This document shows positions 38,810-48,016 of a stretch of 64,000 nt of DNA, in pieces. Each line of letters starts with the position of its first letter. The stretch's first letter is position 1. Below the pieces are notes generated by a model. The model saw nothing but the letters and a program-made list of their open reading frames with translations, searched no databases and was not told the DNA's origin. Source of the stretch: an uncultured Anaerolineaceae bacterium (GTDB lineage Bacteria; Chloroflexota; Anaerolineae; Anaerolineales; Anaerolineaceae); contig CAZMZW010000008.1 of assembly GCA_964571135.1 (NCBI GenBank), forward strand, positions 45,808 through 109,807, read 5' to 3'. A program made the translations under genes and the position numbers.

Positions 38810-39576
38810 TGCAATTAACCTTAACCCCAATTTCGGGGATTCCTCTAATTAAAACTGGTGATAATCTACCTGATATTATATTAAAAGCACTTAAAAACAA
38901 TAAAATCATACTAATTGATAATGACATATTAGTAATAACCCAAAAAATAATCTCCAAATCAGAAGGGAGGTTAATCAATTTAGCTGAAGTACAGGTTTCG
39001 AAAAGAGCCAGAGAAATTTCAAAAACCTCTAAAAAAGATCCTCGTTTGATTGAATTAATTCTTCGAGAGAGCCGTGAAGTAATTCGGGTAACAGAAAATC
39101 ATTTTATAGTGGAGCATCGATTGGGTTTTGTGTGCGCAAATGCAGGAATTGACCATTCGAATGTCAGTGCAGATCGTGGTAATCCAGAAGAATTATTCTT
39201 GCTGTTACCTGAAAATCCAGACCTATCTGCTCAAAGGATTAAGAATAAATTAGAGCAAAAGTCAACATTGAATATTGGTATTCTTATTATCGATTCCCAT
39301 GGCAGGGCTTGGCGTAACGGTATTATTGGTACTGCAATCGGTGTAGCAGGGTTTCCGGCTTTGATCGATTTGAGAGGAAAAGAAGATCTCTTTGGATATA
39401 AACTTCAAATTACCCAGGTGGCAGCAGCTGACGAATTGGCATCAGCCGCGTCTTTAATGATGGGTCAGGCGGATGAAAAATTACCGGTTGTACATGTAAG
39501 AGGGTTTCCTTACGCTTTGCGAGAATCCTCCATAGATGAATTAATTCGCCCAAAAGAACAGGATCTGTTTAGATAA
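38809..39576 (+). CDS. cofE: coenzyme F420-0:L-glutamate ligase (stand-alone CofE domain)
   Basis: 255 aa. Motifs ITQKIISKSEGR, CANAGIDHSNV and IIDSHGRAWRNG. TAATG overlap with npdG. Confidence 0.88.
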   Translation: MQLTLTPISGIPLIKTGDNLPDIILKALKNNKIILIDNDILVITQKIISKSEGRLINLAEVQVSKRAREISKTSKKDPRLIELILRESREVIRVTENHFIVEHRLGFVCANAGIDHSNVSADRGNPEELFLLLPENPDLSAQRIKNKLEQKSTLNIGILIIDSHGRAWRNGIIGTAIGVAGFPALIDLRGKEDLFGYKLQITQVAAADELASAASLMMGQADEKLPVVHVRGFPYALRESSIDELIRPKEQDLFR

Positions 39577-39581
39577 ATCAT

Positions 39582-40511
39582 ATGAAAGTTATTGCCCTTG
39601 CGGGTGGTGTGGGAGGAGCAAAATTAGTTAGTGGCTTTGCTCAAATATTAAAACCGGGCGACTTATCCGTAATCGTGAATACTGGTGATGATTTTGAACA
39701 TTATGGTCTATATATTTGCCCTGATCTAGATACAATATGCTACAACCTTGCCAATTTATCAAACCCTCTGACTGGGTGGGGGAGAGAGGATGACTCTTAT
39801 CAGTCTCTCGAAGAAGCCATAAAATTAGGTGGACCGGATTGGTTCAGAATTGGCAACAAAGATATTGGAACTCACCTTGAGAGAACCAGGCGACTGAAGG
39901 CTGGTCAAAAATTGAGCAATATAACATCAGAATTTTGTAAAGCATGGGGAATTAACACCAGAGTGTATCCAATGACGAATGATAGGGTCTCAACAACTCT
40001 TGTTACTGAAAAAAAAGAAGAATTACCTTTTCAGGAATATTTTGTCCATCAGAAATCCCAGCCTGCTATAAAAGCAATAAATTTTTCGGGAATAGAGATG
40101 GCTGAACCAATTCCTGAATTTATTGATGCATTTGTTGAGGCAAGCCTGGTTGTCATTTGCCCTTCAAATCCCTGGGTAAGCATAGATCCAATCTTAAATA
40201 TAAAGGGGATAAAGAAAATGATGGTTAATAAAAAGGTGATTGCTGTATCACCTATTATTCAGGGGAATGCTTTAAAAGGTCCTGCGGCAAAAATGTTTTT
40301 TGAATTAGGCATAGATCCATCGGCTGAGGCAGTTTTTGATCACTATCAAGATTTGCTTGGTGGATTTGTTTTTGATCAACTTGACATTTCCTTGAAAAGA
40401 ATATTTGATAAAAAGGGAATAAATTGTTTCGTTACTGATACAATCATGAATGACCTTTCGGATAAGGTTCGATTGGCAAATGAAATACTAAATTATTCCA
40501 ATACAATTTAA
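39582..40511 (+). CDS. cofD: 2-phospho-L-lactate transferase
   Basis: 309 aa. N-terminal ALAGGVGGAKL and the CofD/FbiA motif VICPSNP. Confidence 0.9.
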   Translation: MKVIALAGGVGGAKLVSGFAQILKPGDLSVIVNTGDDFEHYGLYICPDLDTICYNLANLSNPLTGWGREDDSYQSLEEAIKLGGPDWFRIGNKDIGTHLERTRRLKAGQKLSNITSEFCKAWGINTRVYPMTNDRVSTTLVTEKKEELPFQEYFVHQKSQPAIKAINFSGIEMAEPIPEFIDAFVEASLVVICPSNPWVSIDPILNIKGIKKMMVNKKVIAVSPIIQGNALKGPAAKMFFELGIDPSAEAVFDHYQDLLGGFVFDQLDISLKRIFDKKGINCFVTDTIMNDLSDKVRLANEILNYSNTI

Positions 40512-40517
40512 TAATAC

Positions 40518-41126
40518 ATGTCACTTTGCGCCATCGTTCCTGTCAAACCGCTTAGAAGAGGGAAATCGAGATTATCAGGCATTTTGTCTGTGGAGGAAAG
40601 AACAAAATTAAATCGAAACATGCTTTCTAATATATTAACTTGTGTAAGGAATGTTTCACAAATTGATTATTTCATTGTCATTAGTTATGATCCCACCACA
40701 TTAGCATTAGCAAGAGAATTAGGCGCAAAAACCGTATTGGAAAGCCGAATCACAAATCTTAACCGCGCTCTACGAAAAGCAACTGCAGCTGCGAAGGCAT
40801 TTAATTCAACGCAAGTACTGATATTACCCGCCGATTTACCCTTGATAAACAAAGTGGATCTTAATTCATTCATTCAACTAAGGGGAAATCCTCCCGAAAT
40901 AATAATATCCTCTGATTATCGTCAAAATGGAACCAATGCTTTGTTAGTCAACCCAATTGGCGCTCTTGATTATGATTTTGGGGAATGGTCATATAAAAAA
41001 CATATTGAACAAGCAGAACATAAGAGACTGCGCATAGGTATTAGCAATATTGAAAGCTTTAAGTATGATCTGGATATACCAGAAGATCTTGAATTATTAA
41101 AAACAAAAGGAATAGTATTATATTAA
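40518..41126 (+). CDS. cofC: 2-phospho-L-lactate (or PEP/3-PG) guanylyltransferase
   Basis: 202 aa. AIVPVKPLRRGKSRL N-terminus and LILPADLPL motif of CofC/FbiD. Confidence 0.85.
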   Translation: MSLCAIVPVKPLRRGKSRLSGILSVEERTKLNRNMLSNILTCVRNVSQIDYFIVISYDPTTLALARELGAKTVLESRITNLNRALRKATAAAKAFNSTQVLILPADLPLINKVDLNSFIQLRGNPPEIIISSDYRQNGTNALLVNPIGALDYDFGEWSYKKHIEQAEHKRLRIGISNIESFKYDLDIPEDLELLKTKGIVLY

Positions 41127-41142
41127 TTAATAGGAGATAAAA

Positions 41143-42141
41143 ATGAGTGATCGAATCGCATTATACCTACAGGACTCACATGATCTAAGGCAGGGTTTGG
41201 ATTATGTAAAATATGCTGAAGAAAAAGGATTTGAAGCCGTCTGGCAAGCAGAAAGCAGGTTGGTAAGAGATGCAATTGTCCCTATGGCAGCTTATGCAGC
41301 TGTAACTACTAAAATAAAAGTTGGTTCAGGGGTGATAAATAACTGGACCCGTAATATCGGGTTACTGGCAGCCACATTCCTTACTCTGGATGACCTTGCG
41401 CCTGATCGAATCATATGTGGAATTGGTGCCTGGTGGGATCCATTGGCAAAAAATGTTGGCATTGATCGGTCAAAACCATTAACTGCCATGCGGGAAACTG
41501 TTGAAATATTAAGAAAATTGCTAAATATGGAAAGAGTTACCTTTCATGGCGAATTCATTCATGTGGATGGAATTGAGCTAGATATTGTGCATGGAAGAAA
41601 AGAACCGCGTCATGTGCCGATCTATATCGGGGCTACTGGGGATAAAATGATGGAAATGACAGGTGAAATTGCCGATGGGGTGGTGTTAAATTACTGCGTA
41701 CCTCCTGAATATAATATAAATGCATTGAACCTTCTTGATGTTGGCGCAAAAAAAGCGGGTAGAAAGATGGAAATGATTGATCGGCCCCAATTAGTAGTTT
41801 GCTCGGTAGATTTGGATCATGATAAGGCTATCGATACCTCTCGCGAATTATTGACCCAATATCTTGCCCAACAACCTCATATTGCGAAAGCCTCAGGGGT
41901 TGCTCAGGATGTTGTCAATAAAATTCAATCCATCCTGGGATGGCCCGCAACATACGAACAAATTCAGAAAGCCAAATATTTAGTTCCAGAAGAATTAATC
42001 CTGAAAATTACTGCATCTGGTACACCCAGTGAAGCTATTGCGAAAGTTCAGGAATATAAGAATAACGGCTGCACCTGCCCAATACTCTATCCAGTCGGTG
42101 GAGATGTGAAATTGCTTATCGATACATTTGCCCAAAAATAA
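41143..42141 (+). CDS. LLM-class F420-dependent oxidoreductase
   Basis: 332 aa. Luciferase-like monooxygenase fold sequence ([25 protein letters not shown]). Lies directly after the cof genes. Confidence 0.82.
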   Translation: MSDRIALYLQDSHDLRQGLDYVKYAEEKGFEAVWQAESRLVRDAIVPMAAYAAVTTKIKVGSGVINNWTRNIGLLAATFLTLDDLAPDRIICGIGAWWDPLAKNVGIDRSKPLTAMRETVEILRKLLNMERVTFHGEFIHVDGIELDIVHGRKEPRHVPIYIGATGDKMMEMTGEIADGVVLNYCVPPEYNINALNLLDVGAKKAGRKMEMIDRPQLVVCSVDLDHDKAIDTSRELLTQYLAQQPHIAKASGVAQDVVNKIQSILGWPATYEQIQKAKYLVPEELILKITASGTPSEAIAKVQEYKNNGCTCPILYPVGGDVKLLIDTFAQK

Positions 42142-42152
42142 ACCCAAGGGAT

Positions 42153-43502
42153 ATGTATAATCACACTTATGTCGTAGGCCATGTTAATCCTGATACGGAT
42201 TCAATTGCATCTGCAATCGGGTATTCTTGGTTATTAAAAGAAAGAGATCAATTAAAAGTTAAACCGGCAAGGGCAGGGGTACTTAATCAACAAACCAAAT
42301 GGTTGCTGGATTATTTAAAGATAGACTTTCCAATTTTATTAACAGATGCATCACCGAGGTTTGAATCTGTTTCAAAAATAATTGAAACAACTACTCCTGA
42401 TAAACCTCTTCATATTGCATGGGATATCGCCAGGAAGAATGGGAAGATCGCACCAATAGTAAATTCAGATGGATCTCCCTACGGATTGGTCACCCATGAA
42501 AGTCTTTTCAATCTGATGATCAAATCTGTAGGAGCGGATACTACTCAGCATCAAATCAAAGTAAGGGAAATCCTGGATTTACCTTGCTCACAGGCAGCAG
42601 ACCAAAAAATTCAGGCATTTCTTATTTCAGCCCGTATTAAAGATTATATTAAAAAGATTCTTTGGTCGGAAGCGAATATTTTCTGGGTCATTGACAGTGA
42701 TGGAAAATATGCAGGAATTGTGCATCAAAGAGACTTATTAAATCCCCCCCGTCTTAAGATAATTTTGGTTGATCACAATGAAACCCATCAAGCTCTTCCT
42801 TCTTTGGATGAAGCAGAATTGATTGAAATAATTGACCACCATCGCTTGGGAAACTCATCAACAATTTCGCCGATCCGGTTTACGGTTGAACCAGTTGGAA
42901 GCACATCCACCCTTGTAACTGAAAGAATTAAAGCATCTGGATTGGAAGTACCTCCACAAATTGCCTTTTTATTAATGGGCGGGATCATCTCTGACACCTT
43001 GAATTTAATTTCGCCCACAACGACTGCTAGGGATAAAGATTCCATAGAATACTTGGCTCAATGGGCTTTCAACGACAGATCTGTATTTGACTCAAAAAAC
43101 ATACAATCTTTTGCACAAAAATTATTATCCTCGGGCACAGGGCTTAATACCAGATCCCCACAAGAGATAATTACAAGCGATATAAAATTTTATTCCGAAG
43201 GTACTGTTAAATTTGCCATTTCCCAGGCTGAAGTCACAACCAATCTCTACGAAATTTCCGATTATTTTAAAGTTCTTAAGATGGCATTGGTAGAAATACG
43301 TCAAAGTAAAGGCCTGGATTTTGCAGGATTAATGGTAACGGATATTGTGCGTGGTTCGAGCATAATAATTCTTGATAATCCCCCTGTCATATTAGATGAC
43401 CTACCATTCAGTAAAACAATCGAAGGGGCATGGTATGCTCAGGGATTAGTTTCTAGAAAAAAACAATTAATTCCATTACTATTAAGTTTAATTAAAGGTT
43501 AA
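42153..43502 (+). CDS. CBS-domain-containing DHH/DHHA2 phosphoesterase (family II inorganic pyrophosphatase-like)
   Basis: 449 aa. GHVNPDTDSIAS (DHH motif I), an inserted CBS pair, LVDHNE and IIDHHRLG, and a C-terminal DHHA2 domain. Confidence 0.8.
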   Translation: MYNHTYVVGHVNPDTDSIASAIGYSWLLKERDQLKVKPARAGVLNQQTKWLLDYLKIDFPILLTDASPRFESVSKIIETTTPDKPLHIAWDIARKNGKIAPIVNSDGSPYGLVTHESLFNLMIKSVGADTTQHQIKVREILDLPCSQAADQKIQAFLISARIKDYIKKILWSEANIFWVIDSDGKYAGIVHQRDLLNPPRLKIILVDHNETHQALPSLDEAELIEIIDHHRLGNSSTISPIRFTVEPVGSTSTLVTERIKASGLEVPPQIAFLLMGGIISDTLNLISPTTTARDKDSIEYLAQWAFNDRSVFDSKNIQSFAQKLLSSGTGLNTRSPQEIITSDIKFYSEGTVKFAISQAEVTTNLYEISDYFKVLKMALVEIRQSKGLDFAGLMVTDIVRGSSIIILDNPPVILDDLPFSKTIEGAWYAQGLVSRKKQLIPLLLSLIKG

Positions 43503-43530
43503 ATAATCTATAAAAGGATTTGGAGGTTTT

Positions 43531-44949
43531 ATGTGGGATAAATATTACAGCGTCACTTGCATTGATGATGCTTTGGATCTTTTGAACCGAGAAAAAGAAA
43601 AAGCCAGGATTATTGCTGGTGGAACAGACCTGGTGTTGGAGCTTAAACAGGGATTAAGAAAAGGAATTACGAGTCTTGTTGATATCAGTCGAGTTCCTGA
43701 ACTTGCTGAAATAAAGGTCGATCGAGAAGGATACATTCATATTGGACCAGGGGTCACCCACAACCATTGCGTGGCTTCTGAAGTTATCAGGAATAGTGCA
43801 TTTCCTCTTGTGCAGGCATGTTATGGCATAGGGACACCTCAAATAAGAAATGTCGCCACAGTAGTTGGCAATCTGGCTACAGCTTCGCCAGCGAACGACA
43901 CCATAGTTCCATTAATCGCAATGGATGCAGAAATTGACTTAGCTTCAAAGGGAAAGACAAGAACGATCAAATTGATTGATTTTTATACAAATGTTCGAAC
44001 CACGATCATTCAGCCAGATGAGATGATTAGCGATATAAATTTTAAGCAATTAGCAAATAATCAACGAGGAGTATTTAAGCGTTATATTTTGCGCGAAACT
44101 CACTCAATCTCTGTAGTAAATGCTTCAATGGTAGTAACACTGCAAAAAGACGTTATTACTTCAGCAGCTATCGCCTTAGGCTGCGTAGCCAAAACTGTCT
44201 TCAGAGCTAAAGAAGCCGAAATATTTTTAGTTGGTAAAGTATTGACCAAAGAAAATATTGAAATGGCTTCTGAATTAGCACAAAAAGCGGCTAAACCGAT
44301 TAATGATATTAGAGCTTCGAATAAATACCGTTTACGATTAGTAAAACTACTGGTTCAGGATGGTCTAACCGAAATTTCTCGGGGTGAAGAAAAAATGAAT
44401 TTCCCAGTAAAACCTGTACTGTTATGGGGGAAAAAGACATATACGCCTAAGAAACTAGATACCTTGAAAATTCATACAAAAGAGACAAAAATTCAAACTA
44501 AGATCAATAATCACGAATTTTCATTCACCGGAAATAATGGCGGATTATTAATCGATCTTATCAGGGAAAATGCTGGTCTAACAGGTACAAAACTTGGATG
44601 CGGAGAAGGGGAATGCGGTGCTTGCACTATTTCGTTGGATGGGATTTCAGTTTTGAGCTGCTTAATTCCAGCTCCAAGGGCTCAAGATGCAGAAATTATC
44701 ACCATTGAAGGTGTCTCGGTTACAAATACATTGCATCCAGTTCAACAAGCCTTTATTGATGAAGGGGCAATTCAATGCGGTTACTGTACTCCTGGATTCA
44801 TTATGTCCTCCATTCAATTACTGGATGAGATACAAGATCCATCGGTTCAACAGATCAAAGAAGGATTGGCAGGAAATTTATGTCGATGTACCGGGTACTA
44901 TCGAATCATAGCTGCTGTTGAAAATGCTGCGAAAAAGATAAATATTTAG
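43531..44949 (+). CDS. xanthine dehydrogenase family protein: fused FAD-binding (CoxM-like) and [2Fe-2S] (CoxS-like) subunits
   Basis: 472 aa. FAD-binding PCMH region (IIAGGTDL, ATVVGNLATASPANDT). From about aa 320 (nt 44488), CGEGECGACT, CGYCTPG and CRCTGY cluster motifs. Confidence 0.85.
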   Translation: MWDKYYSVTCIDDALDLLNREKEKARIIAGGTDLVLELKQGLRKGITSLVDISRVPELAEIKVDREGYIHIGPGVTHNHCVASEVIRNSAFPLVQACYGIGTPQIRNVATVVGNLATASPANDTIVPLIAMDAEIDLASKGKTRTIKLIDFYTNVRTTIIQPDEMISDINFKQLANNQRGVFKRYILRETHSISVVNASMVVTLQKDVITSAAIALGCVAKTVFRAKEAEIFLVGKVLTKENIEMASELAQKAAKPINDIRASNKYRLRLVKLLVQDGLTEISRGEEKMNFPVKPVLLWGKKTYTPKKLDTLKIHTKETKIQTKINNHEFSFTGNNGGLLIDLIRENAGLTGTKLGCGEGECGACTISLDGISVLSCLIPAPRAQDAEIITIEGVSVTNTLHPVQQAFIDEGAIQCGYCTPGFIMSSIQLLDEIQDPSVQQIKEGLAGNLCRCTGYYRIIAAVENAAKKINI

Positions 44950-44958
44950 GAGCCAGCC

Positions 44959-47190
44959 ATGCCACGACAAATTATTGGACAATCTGTAGCCCGAATTGAT
45001 GCTGAAAGTAAAGTTAAGGGGGAGGCTCTTTATCCTGGTGATATAAATCTTCCCAACCAGGCTGTATTGAAAATCCTATTTTCAAGCCGCCCTCATGCCA
45101 TTGTAGAAAAGATTGATACGACAAGTGCTGAAAAGGTTCCTGGTGTGATCGATATTTTTACTGCAAAGGATGTGCCTGTCAATGAATATGGTTTGATCAT
45201 GCCAGATCAACCGGTTCTTTGTGGACCTGGCTCATCCAAACCATATGTGGACCGTGTTCGCTTTATTGGTGACCAAATAGCGGTTGTTATTGCAGAAACA
45301 GAGGAAATCTCTGTAAAAGCCTGCCAGCTAATTGAGGTTACCTATACTGATTTACCAATCGTCACAGATATGCATGAAGCAATGAAAAGTGATGCGATTC
45401 TCTTGCAACCCGAAAAGAAAACAAATGTTTTCTGCCACTATAAAGTAAAAAAAGGGGATGTTGAAAATGCCTTTAAATCTGCAGAAGTAATCGTTGAAAA
45501 TGACTATTACACTCCTGCACAGGAACATGCTTACTTGCAGCCTGAAGCAGGTCTTGGATATATCGATGAAGAGGGCAGGATCACCGTAATTGTTGCGGGT
45601 CAATGGGTTCATGAGGATCAAGAACAAATTGCGCATGCATTAAACCTTCCAAAAGAAAAAATCAGGGTGATCTATCCTGCCATAGGAGGGGCGTTCGGTG
45701 GTCGTGAGGATATGTCTGTACAAATTGTTTTAGCATTGGCTGCGTATAGATTACAACAGAAGGGAATAAATCGTCCGGTAAAAACTGTCTGGTCACGAGA
45801 AGAATCCATCATTGGCCACCATAAGAGACACCCATATCATATTCATACCAAGTGGGGGGCAACGAAAGAAGGAAAACTGGTTGCCGCGGAAACACAAATT
45901 TATGCAGATGGTGGTGCATATGCTTATACCTCCACTAAAGTCTTGGGTAACGCAACATTGCTTGTATGCGGTCCTTACGAGATCCCAAACGTAAAAATTG
46001 ATGCAATGGCCATATATACTAATAATTTACCCAATGGTGCATTTAGGGGTTTTGGAGGTCCACAGGCGATATTCGCTGCAGAAATGCAAATGAACAAGAT
46101 TGCAGAGGTTCTAAATATGGATCCGGTTGAAATAAGGGCGCGGAATTTAATTAAAGAAGGTGTTCCTACGTCGGTTAATACTCCGTTACCCCCCGGAATC
46201 AGCATTCAGACCGTTCTGGAAAAAGCCAGTAAAGCCGCTGGTTGGATTCAGGAAAACAATCAATGGAAGTTTAATCGAAAAATTGCTAAACCCTTAAATA
46301 AAAACATTAAGAGAGGAATTGGATTAGCGATTGGTTACAAGAATATCGGATTTTCTTTTGGAGCACCAGAACAATGCTGGGCAACTATTGAATTGCATGG
46401 CAAGAATGAAATTGAAAAAGCGGTTGTGCATCATGCCGGTGCCGATGTGGGGCAGGGTGCGCACAGTGCTTTTGCGCAGATTGCTGCAAATTCATTAGGA
46501 TTACCAATGGAGAAGATCGAAATGGTTGTTTCAGATACGGCAAAGTCAGACAATTCAGGAAGTGCGTCCGCGTCACGAATGACGTTTATGGCAGGTAATT
46601 CGATTTTAGGGGCAGCCAAACTTGCCATGGAAAAATGGCGAAATGAAGAACGACCTTCTATTGCTTCATACCAATATCTCCCACCTCGAACATCACCTTT
46701 TGCACCTGAAACGGGTGAATGTATGCCAAATTTTGCATATGGGTACGTTGCCGAAACAGCTGAGGTAGAAGTTAATTTATTGACCGGAAAAGTGAAAATC
46801 ATAAAAGTGATTTGTGCTGATGATGTTGGCAAAGCTATCAATCCACTTCAAATATTGGGGCAAATTGAAGGCGGCGTTGTACAAGCCAGTGGCTATGCAA
46901 TTCTGGAAAACTTTGTTCAAAGGGAAGGAAAAGTCCTGACAAAAGGATTTTCCACTTATCTCATCCCAACGATCATGGATATTCCGAACACAACTGAATC
47001 TATAATTGTGGAAACTGCTGATCCATTGGGACCATTAGGCGCACGTGGAATGGGCGAAATGCCCTATCTTCCTTTTGTGCCTGCTGTAATTGCGGCAGTG
47101 CATGATGCCACCGGAATTTGGTATAACAGTTTTCCACTTACTGAAGAAAGAATCCTTAAAGGATTAGGTGAGCTCGAAAATACCCAATAG
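44959..47190 (+). CDS. xanthine dehydrogenase family molybdopterin-binding subunit
   Basis: 743 aa. Aldehyde oxidase/XDH a/b hammerhead and MoCo-binding domains (GGAFGGRED, FRGFGGPQ, GQIEGG). Confidence 0.9.
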   Translation: MPRQIIGQSVARIDAESKVKGEALYPGDINLPNQAVLKILFSSRPHAIVEKIDTTSAEKVPGVIDIFTAKDVPVNEYGLIMPDQPVLCGPGSSKPYVDRVRFIGDQIAVVIAETEEISVKACQLIEVTYTDLPIVTDMHEAMKSDAILLQPEKKTNVFCHYKVKKGDVENAFKSAEVIVENDYYTPAQEHAYLQPEAGLGYIDEEGRITVIVAGQWVHEDQEQIAHALNLPKEKIRVIYPAIGGAFGGREDMSVQIVLALAAYRLQQKGINRPVKTVWSREESIIGHHKRHPYHIHTKWGATKEGKLVAAETQIYADGGAYAYTSTKVLGNATLLVCGPYEIPNVKIDAMAIYTNNLPNGAFRGFGGPQAIFAAEMQMNKIAEVLNMDPVEIRARNLIKEGVPTSVNTPLPPGISIQTVLEKASKAAGWIQENNQWKFNRKIAKPLNKNIKRGIGLAIGYKNIGFSFGAPEQCWATIELHGKNEIEKAVVHHAGADVGQGAHSAFAQIAANSLGLPMEKIEMVVSDTAKSDNSGSASASRMTFMAGNSILGAAKLAMEKWRNEERPSIASYQYLPPRTSPFAPETGECMPNFAYGYVAETAEVEVNLLTGKVKIIKVICADDVGKAINPLQILGQIEGGVVQASGYAILENFVQREGKVLTKGFSTYLIPTIMDIPNTTESIIVETADPLGPLGARGMGEMPYLPFVPAVIAAVHDATGIWYNSFPLTEERILKGLGELENTQ

Positions 47191-47770
47191 TAATGTTGCA
47201 GGCATAATCATTGCCGCAGGGGAATCGAAGCGGTTGGGAACGCCAAAGCAGCTTTTACCCTGGCAAGGGAAAAAGCTGCTTGAATATATTATTCAAACTA
47301 TCAGTAACTGCAATATCGATCCAATTCATGTGATTCTAGGTTCCAATTATGAGCAGATTACATCAGTAATTAATTTCCAAGGTGTAAAGATAATCAATAA
47401 CAAAAATTGGAAGGAAGGAAAAGGTACTTCAATCAGTCTGGGAATCCGATCATTGCCTGAACAAATCAAAGCTGCTTTTATCTTTATTGGTGACCAACCT
47501 TTCCTTAACGCAAATTTGATTGGCGCCCTTCAAGACCTATATAAAAATAAAGAAGTTGATATTGTTGCCCCCTTTGTTAATGGAATTCAATCCAATCCCG
47601 TTATTTTTAAACAATCAGTTTTTCAAGAATTAATAAAATTAAAAGGAGAAGAAGGTGGAAGAGACCTATTTAAGAAATTTCGACTCGAAAAACTAGATTG
47701 GGATAATGAAAAAATATTATGGGATATTGATTCACTTGAGGATTACCAAAAGCTGATTAATTTGGTTTAA
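47168..47770 (+). CDS. mocA: molybdenum cofactor cytidylyltransferase (MocA family)
   Basis: 200 aa. Motif GIIIAAGESKRLGTPKQLLPW. GTG start with an AAGGA SD. Overlaps the XDH large-subunit stop by 23 nt. Confidence 0.78.
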   Translation: MSSKIPNSNVAGIIIAAGESKRLGTPKQLLPWQGKKLLEYIIQTISNCNIDPIHVILGSNYEQITSVINFQGVKIINNKNWKEGKGTSISLGIRSLPEQIKAAFIFIGDQPFLNANLIGALQDLYKNKEVDIVAPFVNGIQSNPVIFKQSVFQELIKLKGEEGGRDLFKKFRLEKLDWDNEKILWDIDSLEDYQKLINLV

Positions 47771-48008
47771 TTTCCAGCTTACCTTCCTGATATGAATCCA
47801 ATATTTCCTTTGCTTCTACAGCTTTTAGTTTAGAAACAAATATTTTTACCTCACCCAAAGGTCCAAAATTCATTCCGTAGGCTATTCCAGCACTCTCTTG
47901 AAATAATTGGGCTTTAATGTTAAATGACTCCAATAAACCGCGGATCATTTCTGCATCCAGCATACCATGCGAAATCCAGACTAATTGATTGACTTCATCA
48001 TCTTTCAT
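47757..48008 (-). CDS. DUF2007-like small protein (putative signal-transducing fold)
   Basis: 83 aa. The pattern of the sequence (AEMIRGLLESFNIKA ... KAVEAKEIL) resembles DUF2007. Lies 8 nt downstream of the exonuclease gene. Confidence 0.55.
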   Translation of the reverse strand: MKDDEVNQLVWISHGMLDAEMIRGLLESFNIKAQLFQESAGIAYGMNFGPLGEVKIFVSKLKAVEAKEILDSYQEGKLEIKPN

Positions 48009-48016
48009 ATTTGCCT

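Noticed and set aside
46431-46841. 136-aa antisense ORF inside the Mo-hydroxylase large subunit. Similar antisense or alternate-frame ORFs occur at 10978-11289, 52685-53107, 24736-25098, 18974-19366, 12550-12858, 37738-38091 and 14871-15197.
   Set aside because: Each lies wholly within a gene that is strongly supported by conserved motifs, on the other strand or in another frame. Their sequences are low-complexity or compositionally odd, and none has an SD. These are typical shadow ORFs.
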